Shown: in pieces, positions 62,283 through 64,000 of the stretch
Numbering within the stretch: the stretch's first letter is position 1
Layout: each line of letters begins with the position of its first letter
Source: Pristiophorus japonicus
Lineage: Eukaryota
Direction of reading: 5' to 3'
Length of the DNA stretch: 64,000 nucleotides
Assembly: GCF_044704955.1 (NCBI RefSeq)
Contig: NW_027254382.1
Location: 124,001 to 188,000 of the forward strand
Position numbers and translations under genes: made by a program
The notes under the pieces: generated by a model
Told to the model about the DNA's origin: nothing
Database searches by the model: none
What the model saw: the letters and a program-made list of their open reading frames with translations, nothing else

Positions 62283-62501
62283 GCAGGTGTTTCAAAATGT
62301 TGAATTTTACTTCTGTTTCTTGGAAGAGATTCATATTAAAAAGTTCCAGAGCAATATCGAACTGTAAAAATACAGACAGAGGAGATTGCCTCGTCCAGAT
62401 TTTTAGCAAACGGAGAATTTTTCAGCCGTCTTTGGCCGTCTGCTGCACAGAGATGGATGACTGAGTTTTTTCTGAGTAACGTTTGAAAGGGCAGCGGCAC
62501 A

Positions 62502-62582
62502 GTAGTCGTGGCCGAGTGGTTAAGGCGATGGACTAGAAATCCATTGGGTTATCCCGCGCATGTTCGAATCCTGCCGACTACG
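62502..62582 (+). tRNA. tRNA-Ser(AGA), T-stem mismatch
   Basis: Identical to the 54663 copy. Confidence 0.85.
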
Positions 62583-63346
62583 ATTCTCAGCATTTTTCAT
62601 TCCATCTCACAATTTAACCGGTTCTCTGCCAAACTGATCCTGAGATAGATGGAATAACGTCCCACACCTTTCAACACTGACATTTTTTTCTCATTTTTAT
62701 TAATCTGCAATATTCACGATACATCCGTTTCAAAAATCGCAAACATCAGTCAAAGTTGCGACAGTGATTCAGCCTGTCTATCCCTCGAGATGACGAAGGC
62801 ATCTGTGCATGCCCGTTGGTGCGTGCACATTTCTGGTTATGTATGTGCGTGTCTTTGTGTCTGTCTATCTCTATATATGTCTCTGTGTATGTGCAACTGT
62901 CTGTGGAAATCATCACCATGAATTTGGTATGTCCTGGAACTTATAAAAAAGAATTGGGGGAAATAATAAGGTTGTGAACTTTTGTATCGGCTTTGGTTCA
63001 GTGGCAGCGCTCTCGACTGAATCGGGAGTTTGTGTATTCAAGTCGCACTTCTGAGACTTGAGCATTATCATCTTGGCTAACACTCAAGTGCAGCACTTGG
63101 GGAATTTTGCAATGTTGAAGCTGTTGACTTTCGGATGAAATGTTAAATTGAATCTCCGTCTGCACCCTCGGGTGGATATGAAAGTTCCCAGTGCATTACT
63201 CGAAAAAGAATCGGAGATTTGCCCCCGTCTCAATATTCCTAAAAATGTTCGTAAATGCTCACTGAAAGCCGATGTGTATGTGTTTGTATGTGGGGTTGGG
63301 GTTGAAGCCCAGATTCTCACAGAGACGGAATGCAGGTTCTCACAGG

Positions 63347-63428
63347 ACGAGGATAGCCGAGTGGTTGAGGCGTTGGCCTTGAATTTTAATGGATTTTTCC
63401 CGCGTGGGTTCGCACACCACTCCTGGTA
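63347..63428 (+). pseudogene. tRNA-Leu-derived pseudogene
   Basis: As 58444. Confidence 0.85.
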
Positions 63429-64000
63429 TCTCTTTAATTTAACACGGATTTCCTCCCATTCTGATCAGTGAGACCGGATTTTCATCGGTTGAATCAGCAA
63501 TTTTCTGTAACAATGTGACACTCTGAACCGATAATGAAATGAAATTGTGAAATGTATCTGCGTCGCTCGGTCTCTCCCTCTCTCTCTCTTCAGAGAGTTG
63601 TGTATGTGTTTGTATGTATGTGTCTTTGTCTCTCTCAGTCTGACTCACTCTGGCTGTCCCTGTTTCTCTGTTTGTCTCTGTCTCTCAATCTGTCTCTTTC
63701 TCACGGTGTCACGTCTGTTCCAATGGGATTCTCTCAGATTCTTAGTCTGACTGGCTCTCTCTTTCCCATCATTTCGGTCTGTCCATGTCTTTGCCTGTCT
63801 CTGTTAGTCCCTGCCTATTAGCTGAGAAGTATTTCCATCATTTTCTGTTTTAGTCTCTATCGCTCTCTCTCCATCTGTCTCTTTCCTTGTAACTGTCTTT
63901 ATCATTGTCTTTCTATCACTCTTTCCCTCTCTCTCTCTTAATAGATCAAACACACACACATCTCTGTATATGTATATGTTTGAGTCTTTTTCTCATTCAG

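Larger units (their letters stand above)
54219..64000 (+). repeat. Right tandem tRNA array; 4903-bp higher-order repeat of 1967+969+1967-bp units
   Basis: Asp starts at 54372, 56339, 57308, 59275, 61242, 62211; unit-specific variants recur at +4903. Confidence 0.95.

Noticed and set aside
59067-62464. Repeated 153-aa ORFs ending ..GSIPACHAGARGSIPRRGG..
   Set aside because: They read through the spacer and the tRNA-Asp gene; they recur because of the tandem array, not coding selection.

Overview
Vertebrate genomic DNA, most likely a cartilaginous fish (shark). This is inferred from the CR1 LINE subfamilies with (CTATGTTT)n/(CTTATGTT)n-type tails, a Deu-domain SINE and clustered C2H2 zinc-finger exons. 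No intact protein-coding gene is supported. Both ends of the window are tandem tRNA arrays built from one ancestral unit: tRNA-Asp(GTC), tRNA-Ser(AGA), a truncated Deu-type SINE, tRNA-Leu(TAA) and a CT-rich spacer. The left block (about 1-18000, 5 units) is older and decayed. It contains a recent 3346-bp duplication and nested CR1 insertions. The right block (about 54220-64000) is homogeneous and forms a 4903-bp higher-order repeat (1967+969+1967). The 36 kb between the blocks holds many CR1 fragments, three degenerate C2H2-ZNF exons around a CpG island, and several minisatellites. The most interesting element there is an internally deleted minus-strand endogenous retrovirus-like element (21294-25206). 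It has an LTR, a tRNA-Ser primer-binding site, a gag-position ORF, a retroviral RT thumb fragment, and an env remnant resembling an F-type class I fusion protein. It is a lokiretrovirus-like candidate and is not visible in the supplied ORF track. All family assignments come from recalled motifs and manual translation; no database search was run.
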